Source of the DNA: Octopus bimaculoides
Taxonomy: Eukaryota
Direction of reading: 5' to 3'
Length of the DNA: 44,464 bases
NCBI RefSeq assembly: GCF_001194135.2
Contig: NC_068990.1
Coordinates: 86,117,121-86,161,584, forward strand
In this document: positions 24,050 to 35,474 of the stretch, piece by piece
Layout of the letters: each line of letters opens with the position of its first letter
Numbering within the stretch: position 1 is the stretch's first letter
Notes under the pieces: model-generated
Database searches by the model: none
What the model was told of the DNA's origin: nothing
What the model saw: the letters and a program-made list of their open reading frames with translations, nothing else
Made by a program: the position numbers and the translations under genes

Positions 24050-24435
24050 TATACTCTTACTCTTTTACTTGTTTCAGTCATTTGACTGTGGCCATGCTGG
24101 AGCACTGCCTTTAGCTGAGCAAATGTACCCCAGGACTTATTCTTTGTAAGCTTAGTACTTATTCTATCGGTCTCTTTTGCCAAACTGCTAAGTTACGGGG
24201 ACTTAAACACACCAGCATCGGTTGTCAAGCGATGTTGGGGTGGACAAACATACAAACACACATGTATATACATATACATATATACGACGGGCTTCTTTCA
24301 GTTTCTGTCTACCAAAACCACTCACAAGGCTTTGGTCGCCTGAGGCTACAGCAGAAGACATTTGCTCAAGGTGCCATGCAATGGGACTGAACCCGGGGCC
24401 GTGTGGTTAGTAAGCAAGCTACTTACCACACAGCC
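24050..24435 (-). mobile_element. SINE family A, full length
   Basis: Matches the other family A copies. Confidence 0.9.
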
Positions 24436-24981
24436 ACCACACACACATATATATATGGTGTTTAATAACTCACTTTATATGGCTATATAGTTAAACAAAA
24501 TTTTAATATTTTTATATTTCGCTGCATATGCCTACAATTAGAATAATTTTGAAACAAAAATTCCATGACAGATTAATAAAAGGGCTTCCATTTGTTAAAC
24601 TATATTCCAAACACCACATTTATATATCAATATAAAAAAAGAAGTTATACATGTTTTATGAAACCAGTCTAAGTTGTCAATTATTTTCGAATTTAATTGG
24701 AATACATAGGGAGTGTATTTTAGTTAGAAAGGTTAAAGGTGATGAGGTAGTACTGTTAGTTAATACCATTTAAATGTTTGTATAGCACCAATTTGGCAAA
24801 GAATGAGGACAGGATCTCTTTGGTTTAATCGGTAACATGGTCACCTGGCATGTGACATATACATGGTTTGAGTTCATGGAAGAGCCTGGTCTCTTATTTC
24901 AGTCCTAGCTTGGTGTTCGTATAATTTATATCTATCTATCTATTTACACAATATATGTATGTATATATGTATGAGTGTTTG

Positions 24982-25013
<32 letters not shown>

Positions 25014-25049
25014 TATCTAAAACCTTGGTAGATACAGTTATGGCTGTAA

Positions 25050-25320
25050 GAGCAGGCATAGCTGTATAGTAAGAAGTTTGCTTCCCAACAACACGGTCCC
25101 AAGTTCAGTCCCACTGCAGGACACTTTGTTTTCTACTACATATTACCATTGCTTGACAACCGATGTTGGTATGTTTACATCCCCATACCTTAGTGGTTCA
25201 GCAAAAGAGACTGATAGAATAAGTACTAGGCTTACAAAGAATAAGTTCTGGGGGTCGATTTGTTCAACTGAAGGCGGTGCTCCAGCATGGCCGCAGTCAA
25301 ATGACTAAAACAAATAAAAG
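25050..25320 (+). mobile_element. SINE family A variant lacking the central part
   Basis: tRNA head (agttcagtccc) joined to gacaaccgatgttgg...gtcaaatgactaaaacaaataaaag. Confidence 0.75.
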
Positions 25321-26309
25321 AACATGTCTCAAGCTCCATCCATTATCATATCTCTTTTCTTTTTTTCTCTCAGACAGTTTCTTTGGCGCAGTCCTTCCTT
25401 CCTTTATAAAACAGTATGGTTTGAAAGAGATTTGCTGCATTATTTCTGGTAGGTTGAGTGGCTGCACAGAGGATCCCTCGCTGACTTATGTGTATGTATG
25501 TCATTGATGCTGTTACAGTTAATCTCCAAGTAAGCCCAGATTTAGCAGATCAAAGACCAAAGGCATTCCAGGTGTGACCATCTAGTTTAATTTTTCAGGC
25601 ATGTGAAGCTAGAATTACATTATCCAAGATGTCCTTCCTTTTCCACTTTTTTTGTGTGTGTGTGATTTGAGGGAGATTTGGTTGCCATTTAAAAAAGCAC
25701 TTTATACAAATAGATTTTTTTTATCTGTTTAGTCAAAGCTAAAGCTTTATTCTACCACATCTAATTCTTCAGATACTTTCAAAGCAGCTATGTATAAGTA
25801 TATGTGTGTGCATGCACATACACACATACATGGCGTAGACAGTCATGCACATAAATATCCTTCTAGAGTACATCACCTTCCACACACACACACATGCACA
25901 ATATGGCTACATTATCTATAATACTTAAATCATATTTCATTCATAACATCCACAGCAACAAAGTAAGCAAGCCTTCACTACAGATCTAGGATTACATGCA
26001 ATAACAACGATAGCACAGAGATAACGCAATCCCAGTTAACCACACCTATAATCTACGCTCTGCTAACATGCTCCGATCAAGATTTTGATAAGGATAAGAG
26101 AGCCAGTATAGCTGTAACTAAAAGTATAAATAAATAAGTAAATCATTTCTGGAACAATCCAGTGAGTTCTGTTGCTGCCTGAGAAGAAAAAAAAATATCT
26201 GATGTTGTAGCAGGAATGAGAATAATACAAAAATATTTTTTGCCTTGGACAAGGGTATCATGATAATACGAAACCAACAAATAAACAGTAACATCTGAGG
26301 AAATTTGGT

Positions 26310-26592
26310 ACAAAGTTTAGCCGTGTGGTTTTGGGTTCAGTCCTGCTGTATGGCACATTAGGCAAGTATCTTCTACTGTAGTCTTCAGTTGATGGTTAAA
26401 GCCTTGTGAGTGAAATTTGGATGATAGAGATTGTGTGAAAGCCACCCAGAATGATTGTTTTTTTGCTTTTTAAACTCTGCCAAATCAGATTGGGGCCTGG
26501 TGTAGCCATCTGGTTCACCAGTCCTCAGTCAAATTGTCCAACCCATGCTAGCATGGAAAGCGGATGTTAAACGATGATGATGATGATGATGA
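26310..26592 (+). mobile_element. Degenerate family A head followed by a family B 3' end
   Basis: gggttcagtcctgctgtatggcacattaggcaag...gccttgtgagtg, then aaactctgccaaatcagattgg...gttaaacgatgatgatg. Confidence 0.7.
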
Positions 26593-29494
26593 CTTAATCT
26601 GTCACATTGTTTAATGCCACCATCTATTTCAATGGGTGTCTTTAGCAGAGATCATTCTGTTGCAAACATCCGAGCCAAGTCTTCATTCATAGTAAAACCT
26701 TCTCCTTTCTTGCCACCAGTCTTCAAGATCCTAAACAGTACCACATGAGCCCTGTGTCCTCCTTTTGATAAAGTCATTTAAAGAAACCAAAATCAATAAT
26801 GATGGTTTATCAAACAATTCAACAAAGATTGGGAAGTGTTGCCTGTTGTTTAAGCTCCAACTTAACTAAGCTGATCAATGGTCAAGTTCTACCCAAGACC
26901 AAACCATTTTTTTGCTCTGATATAGTATATCTAGAACTACATTATCCAATGTGTTCGTCCTGACAAAAGGGTAATGAGATTTGAGGAAAATTTGACTGCT
27001 ATTTCTTGCAGATTAGGTGTCCATGTTGAGGCTCTCATTAACAAAGATTGGGAAGTGTTGTCAGTTGTTTAGCTCCAGGTCAGCTTAACTCAGCTGATCT
27101 ACCAAGTATATCTAGGAATACATTACCGAACGTGTTCATCTTGACAAAAGGGTAATGTGATTTGAGGGAGATTCGACTGCTATTTCTTGCAGGTTGGGTG
27201 ACCATGCTGAGGCTCTCGTTAACTTCTTGACTGGAAGTGTGTGCTGTTGTGACAAGGGGTTGTAAAAACAGAACAAAAAAAAACACAAAAAAACTACTAC
27301 ATATAAATTCTCTTCAAAAACCAGCCTGCTACCCCCTCTCCCAAAGAAAATGGACTGAGTTTGCAATAGAGACAAAGGAAACATCCTGTCCCAGCAGGGT
27401 GAAAAAATTCCCTCTCCACCAATCAACACCTTAACAAATTTTTCCACCACACCCAACACCATCTCACTACTATTACATCATTCTTCAGGTCTCTGATTTA
27501 TTTAAACTATCAGGGATGGATAAGGCCATGCTACAACACNNNNNNNNNNNNNNNNNNNNNNNNNNNNNNNNNNNNNNNNNNNNNNNNNNNNNNNNNNNNN
27601 NNNNNNNNNNNNNNNNNNNNNNNNNNNNNNNNNNNNNNNNNNNNNNNNNNNNNNNNNNNNNNNNNNNNNNNNNNNNNNNNNNNNNNNNNNNNNNNNNNNN
27701 NNNNNNNNNNNNNNNNNNNNNNNNNNNNNNNNNNNNNNNNNNNNNNNNNNNNNNNNNNNNNNNNNNNNNNNNNNNNNNNNNNNNNNNNNNNNNNNNNNNN
27801 NNNNNNNNNNNNNNNNNNNNNNNNNNNNNNNNNNNNNNNNNNNNNNNNNNNNNNNNNNNNNNNNNNNNNNNNNNNNNNNNNNNNNNNNNNNNNNNNNNNN
27901 NNNNNNNNNNNNNNNNNNNNNNNNNNNNNNNNNNNNNNNNNNNNNNNNNNNNNNNNNNNNNNNNNNNNNNNNNNNNNNNNNNNNNNNNNNNNNNNNNNNN
28001 NNNNNNNNNNNNNNNNNNNNNNNNNNNNNNNNNNNNNNNNNNNNNNNNNNNNNNNNNNNNNNNNNNNNNNNNNNNNNNNNNNNNNNNNNNNNNNNNNNNN
28101 NNNNNNNNNNNNNNNNNNNNNNNNNNNNNNNNNNNNNNNNNNNNNNNNNNNNNNNNNNNNNNNNNNNNNNNNNNNNNNNNNNNNNNNNNNNNNNNNNNNN
28201 NNNNNNNNNNNNNNNNNNNNNNNNNNNNNNNNNNNNNNNNNNNNNNNNNNNNNNNNNNNNNNNNNNNNNNNNNNNNNNNNNNNNNNNNNNNNNNNNNNNN
28301 NNNNNNNNNNNNNNNNNNNNNNNNNNNNNNNNNNNNNNNNNNNNNNNNNNNNNNNNNNNNNNNNNNNNNNNNNNNNNNNNNNNNNNNNNNNNNNNNNNNN
28401 NNNNNNNNNNNNNNNNNNNNNNNNNNNNNNNNNNNNNNNNNNNNNNNNNNNNNNNNNNNNNNNNNNNNNNNNNNNNNNNNNNNNNNNNNNNNNNNNNNNN
28501 NNNNNNNNNNNNNNCCTACCTCTATACCTCATCATGTCGACCATTTAATGGTGAACTTGATACATGTGAAGCTGAAACTAGCAGAGAGTTTAGCTAATTG
28601 TGCCTAGCCAGGAACAAAAAAAAAAAAAAGACAAAAAAATTGACACAAAGTTTTAGGCATTTAGAAGTATATGTGAGTGTGTGTGCGTATATGTGTGTGT
28701 GTGAGAGAGAGAGACCATGTGTGCAACAGGCTATTTGTATATACTTAGGTGAATGCCTATATATAATGGGATATCAGTGAAATAGCCTCTGTGTTGGGTG
28801 TGTGTGTTTATATACACACACACACACAGAGGAAAAGAGAGAGACACAGAGAGAAAGAAAGAGGAAAAGAAAGAGTTATATATATATGTATATTTTTTTT
28901 TTATTATTCTAATACAAGAATGTTGTTGACTGACTTTGTAGCTTCGGCCAGCCAAGCTACCATCGGACTGCACTGCATTAGAGTTAGTCTAGCATTCATA
29001 TAGTCTCTGATGAGTTAAATAAAGTCTAAAAATACCAAAAGCAACAAAAATACTGTCACACCTTGAGTGTGCTTAACAAAAAAGAAATACCTACAGGTTC
29101 GTTTACGAAGTTCTAAATGCTTGAATAAATCTGAAGCAATAATGTAATCCCAAATTTAATCAATTAAAATTTTATCCAAAACACCTTTCCATAACAAGCA
29201 ACCACAACAACTTAGTCCGACAATGGTTTGGCTGGCTGAAACTTTGAAGTCACTGTCAACAACATTCTTGTATAGAAATAATAAATTTGTACTCTACATA
29301 AGTATAGAGTAACCCACCAAACTGAACTGAATTTGTTTTTATTAAAACTTAATATAAAAACATTAATATATACATATATATATATATATATATACGAATA
29401 CCCCATGTATGTATATTTGAACCCAGAACATAATATATACTTATATATATATATATAAAAATATACACATGTGTGCGTATGTACATACATATAA

Positions 29495-29670
29495 AAGCAC
29501 CCACTACACTCTCGGAGTGGTCGGCGTTAGGAAGGGCATCCAGCTGTAGAAACTCTGCCAAATCAGATTGGAGCCTGGTGCAGCCATCTGGTTCACCAGT
29601 CTTCAGTCAAATTGTCCAACCCATGCTAGCATGGAAAGCGAACGTTAAACGACGACGACGACGATGATGA
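29495..29670 (+). mobile_element. Family B repeat
   Basis: aaaagcacccactacactctcggagtgg...gttaaacgacgacgacgacgatgatga. Confidence 0.85.
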
Positions 29671-30650
29671 TATATTTTTATACACACACACACACAATCA
29701 CTTTCTTGAAAAATGGATAAGGGTCAGTGACACACTATGCTAATTTAGTCAATTTTGTCAAGCTCCCTTTTCAGTTTGTAAGAGAGAAATTAAAATGTAA
29801 TAAAATGTTTTAAAAGAAATTTAAAGTACCTCTGTGATAACTGTAAACCTAGTTCTGGGCCACCCTGTATATATATATAACTAAACACACACACATATAT
29901 ACAAAAAGAAAAACAACAACATTCAAACACATGTACAAACAAAATAAATATGCATGTATGAATGTACATGGAAATGTGCATACATGTGAGAAATGTATAA
30001 CATAGTTTCATTAGTACCAATGTAATATCTCCCACACTGTACACAAATAGAAGTTACATCACTGATAACTATGAAAGAGGAGATCCCTATAACAAATATG
30101 TGACAGATATCATTCATGGGATATCCAATTGTTATAAAATAGTAAAGTACATATTTCACATGATGACCACATGAACATGAAATCAGTAACCATTGGTTAA
30201 TATTGTATGGGGACACAGAGAGGACAGTGGTGGGGCTGTAGTTTCAGAGTGTCGTAATTCTGGAAATTCCCCACTCCCTCCCCACCCCACTGCCAATGAT
30301 TTTTTTTTTCTGAAACTGCTCAAGAAAAACATTAACCAAGTCAACTGGAGCAATCTTGGAGGCGGGTGGAGATTTGAAGGGCATGGACTCAACCTGTTTT
30401 GCTGACCAATACAATATAAAAGAAAGGAAACATAATCAGGTAAAAAAACAAAAGAACAACAAAAAATGAGGTGAGGATACAACCCCAGGTTTTGTGTGTG
30501 AATGTGTGTATATGAGGAGGACACACTGTAGCAGATTATGTGTGTGTATGGATGGATGGATGTGTGAAGTGGGAAGACTGCTACAGATTATGTGAGCATT
30601 TTTGGGGATAGACATAAAGTACATACTTCCATATTGTGAGCGTGTGAGAA

Positions 30651-30681
<31 letters not shown>

Positions 30682-30840
30682 AAGAGAGAAAGTGTGTGTG
30701 TGTGGTTGATATATTGGTAGCATCCATGAGCATGTACGAGTGCATTATGCTGCAAGTGCACTTCCAGTTTCTGTATGTGTATGGGTGTGTGTGTATGTGT
30801 GCAAGCATGCGCATGCAAATGGACAAAGGCCAAAACTTAC

Positions 30841-30994
30841 CGTCCATGCAAGGTTCAAACTGAACGTCGGTCAGATCAATCCGGAAGAACCATTTACCAG
30901 GTGTACCAATATTGCTGCTCTGTGAGATATTGAGGGCAGATCGGGTTCCTTCGATCTGGTAATGTGCAGCACCGTTTCCTGCATCAAGTCCAGC
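30841..30994 (-). CDS. Internal exon (154 bp, phase 0-1) encoding the C-terminal part of a NIDO domain (Mesh/SUSD2-like protein)
   Basis: Acceptor cttgttaattctttcag and donor ACG|gtaagt. Translation AGLDAGNGAAHYQIEGTRSALNISQSSNIGTPGKWFFRIDLTDVQFEPCMD matches the NIDO C-terminal consensus AGF.AG.G...Y....S.....SNVG.PG.W.FRID. Its last base plus the first two bases of the TIG exon give GAG, reading CMD-E-KLSVTP. Confidence 0.88.
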
Positions 30995-32489
30995 CTGAAA
31001 GAATTAACAAGACTTCTGGTAAGACGTTTGCTCCCCTTGGTGTTGCAATATTAATTTTCTCAGAAACCATTAATTTCTGCGGAACACAAGTAAAATCTGG
31101 TATACATAAGTGTGTGTGTGTGTATACATTACAGTTAAGTAACTCTACCATTAAATACCATTCCATGGTTTCATATCATTTTCAATATAGAAAAGTGTTA
31201 ATCCAAGTGGCTATGGCCATGTACAGATATGTGTGCATCTGGTTGTATATATACATAAGAAAAACAATACTTTATACATACATACACTTATATATAAGTT
31301 AGGATGAAAGTTGAAATGTATTTCTATACTTCAGGACCTCTTTTATGTTTATATCAAGTCTCCATTTACTCCCCTCCCCTTATCTTCATTACTCTCTCAT
31401 TTGGTAGGTAGGTAGATGAATTTTGGATCCATCTTAACACTGTGCCTCCTTGTTATTGCATTATCTCCCTCCCATTACATTGGATCTGCCCTATTCTATT
31501 CTAACTCACCATTTGTATTTCTATTGCTAACCATCATTCGGTTTGTCTGTCTCCATTACTCCCTTCTCTGACAATCATTACTGACATGTCACTCTTACCA
31601 TTACCCATCTTTATTACTTCCATCACTGTCTCTGTCACACATTGATATCCACTACTCTCACAGTTTCCTTACTCTTTCTTCCTTCCTATCAGACCATTCA
31701 GGCTTTCTATTCAACCTCCTTGTCAACAACCAACATGTTGCTGTCTATCAATGGTTCTCCCCCACTATTTCGTACCATACTGGTTCTCCTCTCTAACTCT
31801 CCTCAATCAATCCCTCGCCCTAGTTCTCTATTTCCCATTACTCTCTATTCTATTCCCTTGGTTACGTTGGCTTAAGTGAATGGAGACAATATAGATTAAA
31901 GAGTATTCTTTAGCTTTGTCTAGGACAAGGCAACACCTCTAGGGTTAGTGCTACAATAAAATGTACCCAGTGGTTGTGTATAGATTAGGGGTTGAAGTAG
32001 ATGTAGTAGTGGAACTGATGCAGTTCCTCAATAAAATTGCTATATCATAATTCTATACATTTACAGCCTGATAAGCCTTCCTTGACGAAACTCAAAGTGA
32101 AAGTGACTCTTACAAAAGAAATAAATATTTGATGCTACATAATTTAATTAATATTTGTTGTTCTTAAGTCATTTAGGAAACATTATTAATATCTACATTT
32201 AATGTGTGTATGAAAATCTACAAATACGATGATATGAAATGAAAATGAATCCAAACAAATAAATAGGAACAAAATTAAAGAAATCCTTAAAGAATAAAAC
32301 CTTAGCTGTTCCAGAAAATATAAAGAGAAGATAAACTGAATTAAGGATGTAAAAATCCTACTGTTTTCCAATCTTCCTTACAGCATGACAAAGAATATAT
32401 AGATTTACTTTTAAATATTAATCAACTGATTGAAACAATTGGCAACTAATTCCTTGTATTGTATACTTTGTGTTAGTTGAGACAAAAGA

Positions 32490-32845
32490 GGAACCAAGAA
32501 ATTGGATATTATCCTTGAATATCTTAATGGCAGTTAAGCCTTAAGAGAACAGATGTACTAACAATCTATCAAAACCCAGATACAAAGGAAGAAATGGGGC
32601 TGGCTGGGACGCAATCTATGGAATTTCGTTTCCAGTATTACAAGGCAAGCCCTCTGACAAAAACCCCAAGGAAGATATGAGCATGGCAGACCAACAACAT
32701 GGACAAGGTCCACAGAAACTGAAGCACTGATAGGCAGCTACACGAGGGGACAATTGCAATCCATTGCCAATGATCAAGATAGATGGAGATTCCTTGTTAG
32801 TGTCTTATGCTCCACGTGGAGTTAAAGGATTAAAAAAAAAAAAGA
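32490..32845 (+). mobile_element. RTE-type LINE 3' end with A-tail
   Basis: QIQRKKWGWLGRNL...SITRQAL*QKPQGRYEHGRPTTWTRS...GQLQSIANDQDRWRFLVSVLCST* matches the RKW.WIGHTL...TRQAL.WNPQG.R.RGRP..TW.R..DR..WR.LV..LC pattern, followed by poly(A). Confidence 0.8.
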
Positions 32846-33873
32846 AAAGGAGACATAAAATGGTTGTTTCTGATGTGGAAATTCACAACTCCTAGTGCTA
32901 GGAGTGCTTTAGGTCATGTCAGCTCAGTGTGACTAAGGTCCAAATTTGTCCTTCAGTGGGTTGGGTGATGCTTACTGGGAACATGTTAGGGACAAGGAAG
33001 ATTTGGAAGGGTAGATTAATCTTCACTGAATAAAATCTGTGTTTCATTGTTTTGGTGGATTGAGACATTGTAAGCTTGACATGGAGAAGTTTGTTTATTA
33101 AGGGTCATCTCCAGTTTACTAATTTAGATGAAGAAGAGGACAACAATAATGATGGTAATGTTTGTGGTATTGTTGTTGCTGTTGTTATTCTTGTTAGCTC
33201 TATTTGATAGATCAGAGGAACAAAAGGAATGGTGGTAAAAGAAACAATATATTCATAAGCTAATGGTTGTAGAGTTGCTGTTGTTTCGCTCTGATCCAGC
33301 AAAACAAGTGACAAAAGTTGTTCCTGCTGTGACTATCCCATTTTCTTTTCAGGCAAAATGCATTTAAGACTACTTATCCAGGTGTCCATATTTTTTTTCC
33401 CAGCAGGTAGAGTGTGATTTTGAGGGAGATCTGGCTATTACCTTGAGTAAACTGAGCAACCACATAGAGGTTCATTCACTATAGTATGTTGTCCATCCTT
33501 TGGCTGGCCTTTTATGGTAACCAGTCTAGGTGGATTTTGTGTTTGTGTGAGAGTAACCGTCCTGAAATAAGTTACAACTGAAGTTTTAAGAGGGTTAGTC
33601 AGGACTGAAGATTTTAACCCTCTGGAATAGGAAGTCAAGCCTTTACAATTCAGTCTGTTGGTCTGCTGCTAAGTTACAGGGACATAAACACACACATATA
33701 TATGTAAATATATATGATGATCTTCTTAAAGCGGATCAGACAGATTTCCATCTACCAAATCCACTTGTAAGGTTTTGGCTGACCCAAGGACAATAGAAAA
33801 CACGTGCCCAAGGTGCCACGCAGTGGGAAGCAAACTTCTTACCACATAACCATGTTTACCCCTATATGTACAT

Positions 33874-33944
<71 letters not shown>

Positions 33945-34869
33945 TGCATACATATACATACATAAACACAAAATTATTTTACACAGTTCATAGAATGACC
34001 GACTAACTAACCTCTTCTGTGCAGGAGGTGTCAAACAGGTTTGGAACCTGCTTTTTTTTTTGTGTGTGTGTACTGACCTACAAAGGTTACGTGTACGTAC
34101 ACACATACACACGCATCCATCCAAGTACACAGATAGATACTCAAACACACAAGCATACATATAATACACTAATGAATATAAACACACAACCCCCTCCCCT
34201 CTGCCAATGTAAAAACACATATACAAATGCAGGAAGATTAACAAAACTGTATATATATTACTGATAACAGATTATTTGTGGCTGGCTCCACATATACACA
34301 CTATTATACAATAATGGTTGTCGTAACCTTCTTACCATCACCAATACCATATTTGGATATGACCTACTACAGCAGAATATTTTCTAGAACAATGCTAAAA
34401 AAAAAAAAAAGACTATGACATCACAATACCCCATGGTGGGAGATAATGGTAGATGGAGAGAGTTCTATGCAGTTGCCAATTAAATGCTAGCTAACCCCCC
34501 TGCTGTCTTTAATTTGGAGAGGGTTAGCTTCTATGTAATAACTTGACCAACTCAATGTAACAAGCAGGTCTCCCAAGGGATCATCTAAACAAGCGTGTGT
34601 GTGTGTGTGTGTGTGCGTGCGTGCTTCTGTGTAATTGCCTCACAAGCACCATGTTGCAACAAAATATCTTTCAATAAATTCTCTTGAGTCTATAGTCAGG
34701 AGAGTGAGGGAGAGATCGAGGGAAACAGAGAGAGAGAGAGGGGAGAATGAGAGGAAGAAAGAGTGAGACAGAGTATGTGTGTGAGAGAGAGAGAGAGTGA
34801 GAGAGTTATGTAGTTATTTGATCAGTTCTATGCTAATGTTAACTGCGAAATCACTCAACAGAGTCCTTT

Positions 34870-35190
34870 AAAATAAAAACCATATCTATATACACAAATG
34901 TGCAATGGTGTCTGTCTGCCTGTATGTGTTTGGGGTTACTCTAACTCCTCCCACACCGTCCAAATGATTTTAATAATTTTTGGCACATAGGTAGATCACA
35001 TGCCCTGCAGTTCAAATAAGGCTGGGATTTTTCGAAAACTCGATAATGCTCAGTTGGCATCGATTTTTGTGAGCTTAATCGGGTGTTTGAATGGAAATTC
35101 CCATAACAATGTTATTTTTCCTGCAGCTTTTGTATTTTTTTTGTCCAATTTTGATGAAAATCGATGAGTGAGTTGATGTCAGTGTATGGC
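34870..35190. mobile_element. Possible non-autonomous Helitron/Helentron-like element
   Basis: atctatatac, then tgtctgtctgcctgtatg, atgattttaataatttttggcaca and ccaattttgatgaaaatcg. These resemble the HINE/DINE-1-type microsatellite and subterminal motifs. Ends are not defined. Confidence 0.4.
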
Positions 35191-35441
35191 TGCACCATTG
35201 AACACATTGTCATCGGCTGCAAAAACTCCGCTCCGTCAACAAAACTCTGTTGCCTGCTCTGACCATTTTTCCTCCGCCTACCACACATCTACTCATCCTG
35301 CAACAGCTGTTAAGTTAAGGGGACATAAACATACCAACACCGGTTGTCAAGTGGTAATGGGGGAGAAGAAACACAAACAGAAAGACACACACATGTGCTG
35401 TCAGTGATTTCTTTTCCTTCTTTGGACATATCCCTTCCTCC

Positions 35442-35474
35442 TTTCCGACGAAGAGCTATGCTCGAAACATCAAA
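35442..35474 (+). ncRNA. Degenerate minimal hammerhead-like motif of the Penelope-LTR type
   Basis: ttt-CCGACGA-A-GAGC-tat-GCTC-GAAAC-atc-aaa. Stem II is intact. The core has U4>C and an extra A, and ACGT is mutated to ACAT. Confidence 0.4.

Noticed and set aside
29006-29035. CTGATGAG motif
   Set aside because: No downstream GAAA or stem II.
31300-31325. NTFQ on the minus strand as the missing NIDO exon
   Set aside because: It reads NTFQLSS* with an immediate stop and has no VL.TDG continuation.
32066-32096. CTGATAAG...GAAAC as a ribozyme remnant
   Set aside because: The core is mutated and the intervening sequence does not pair.
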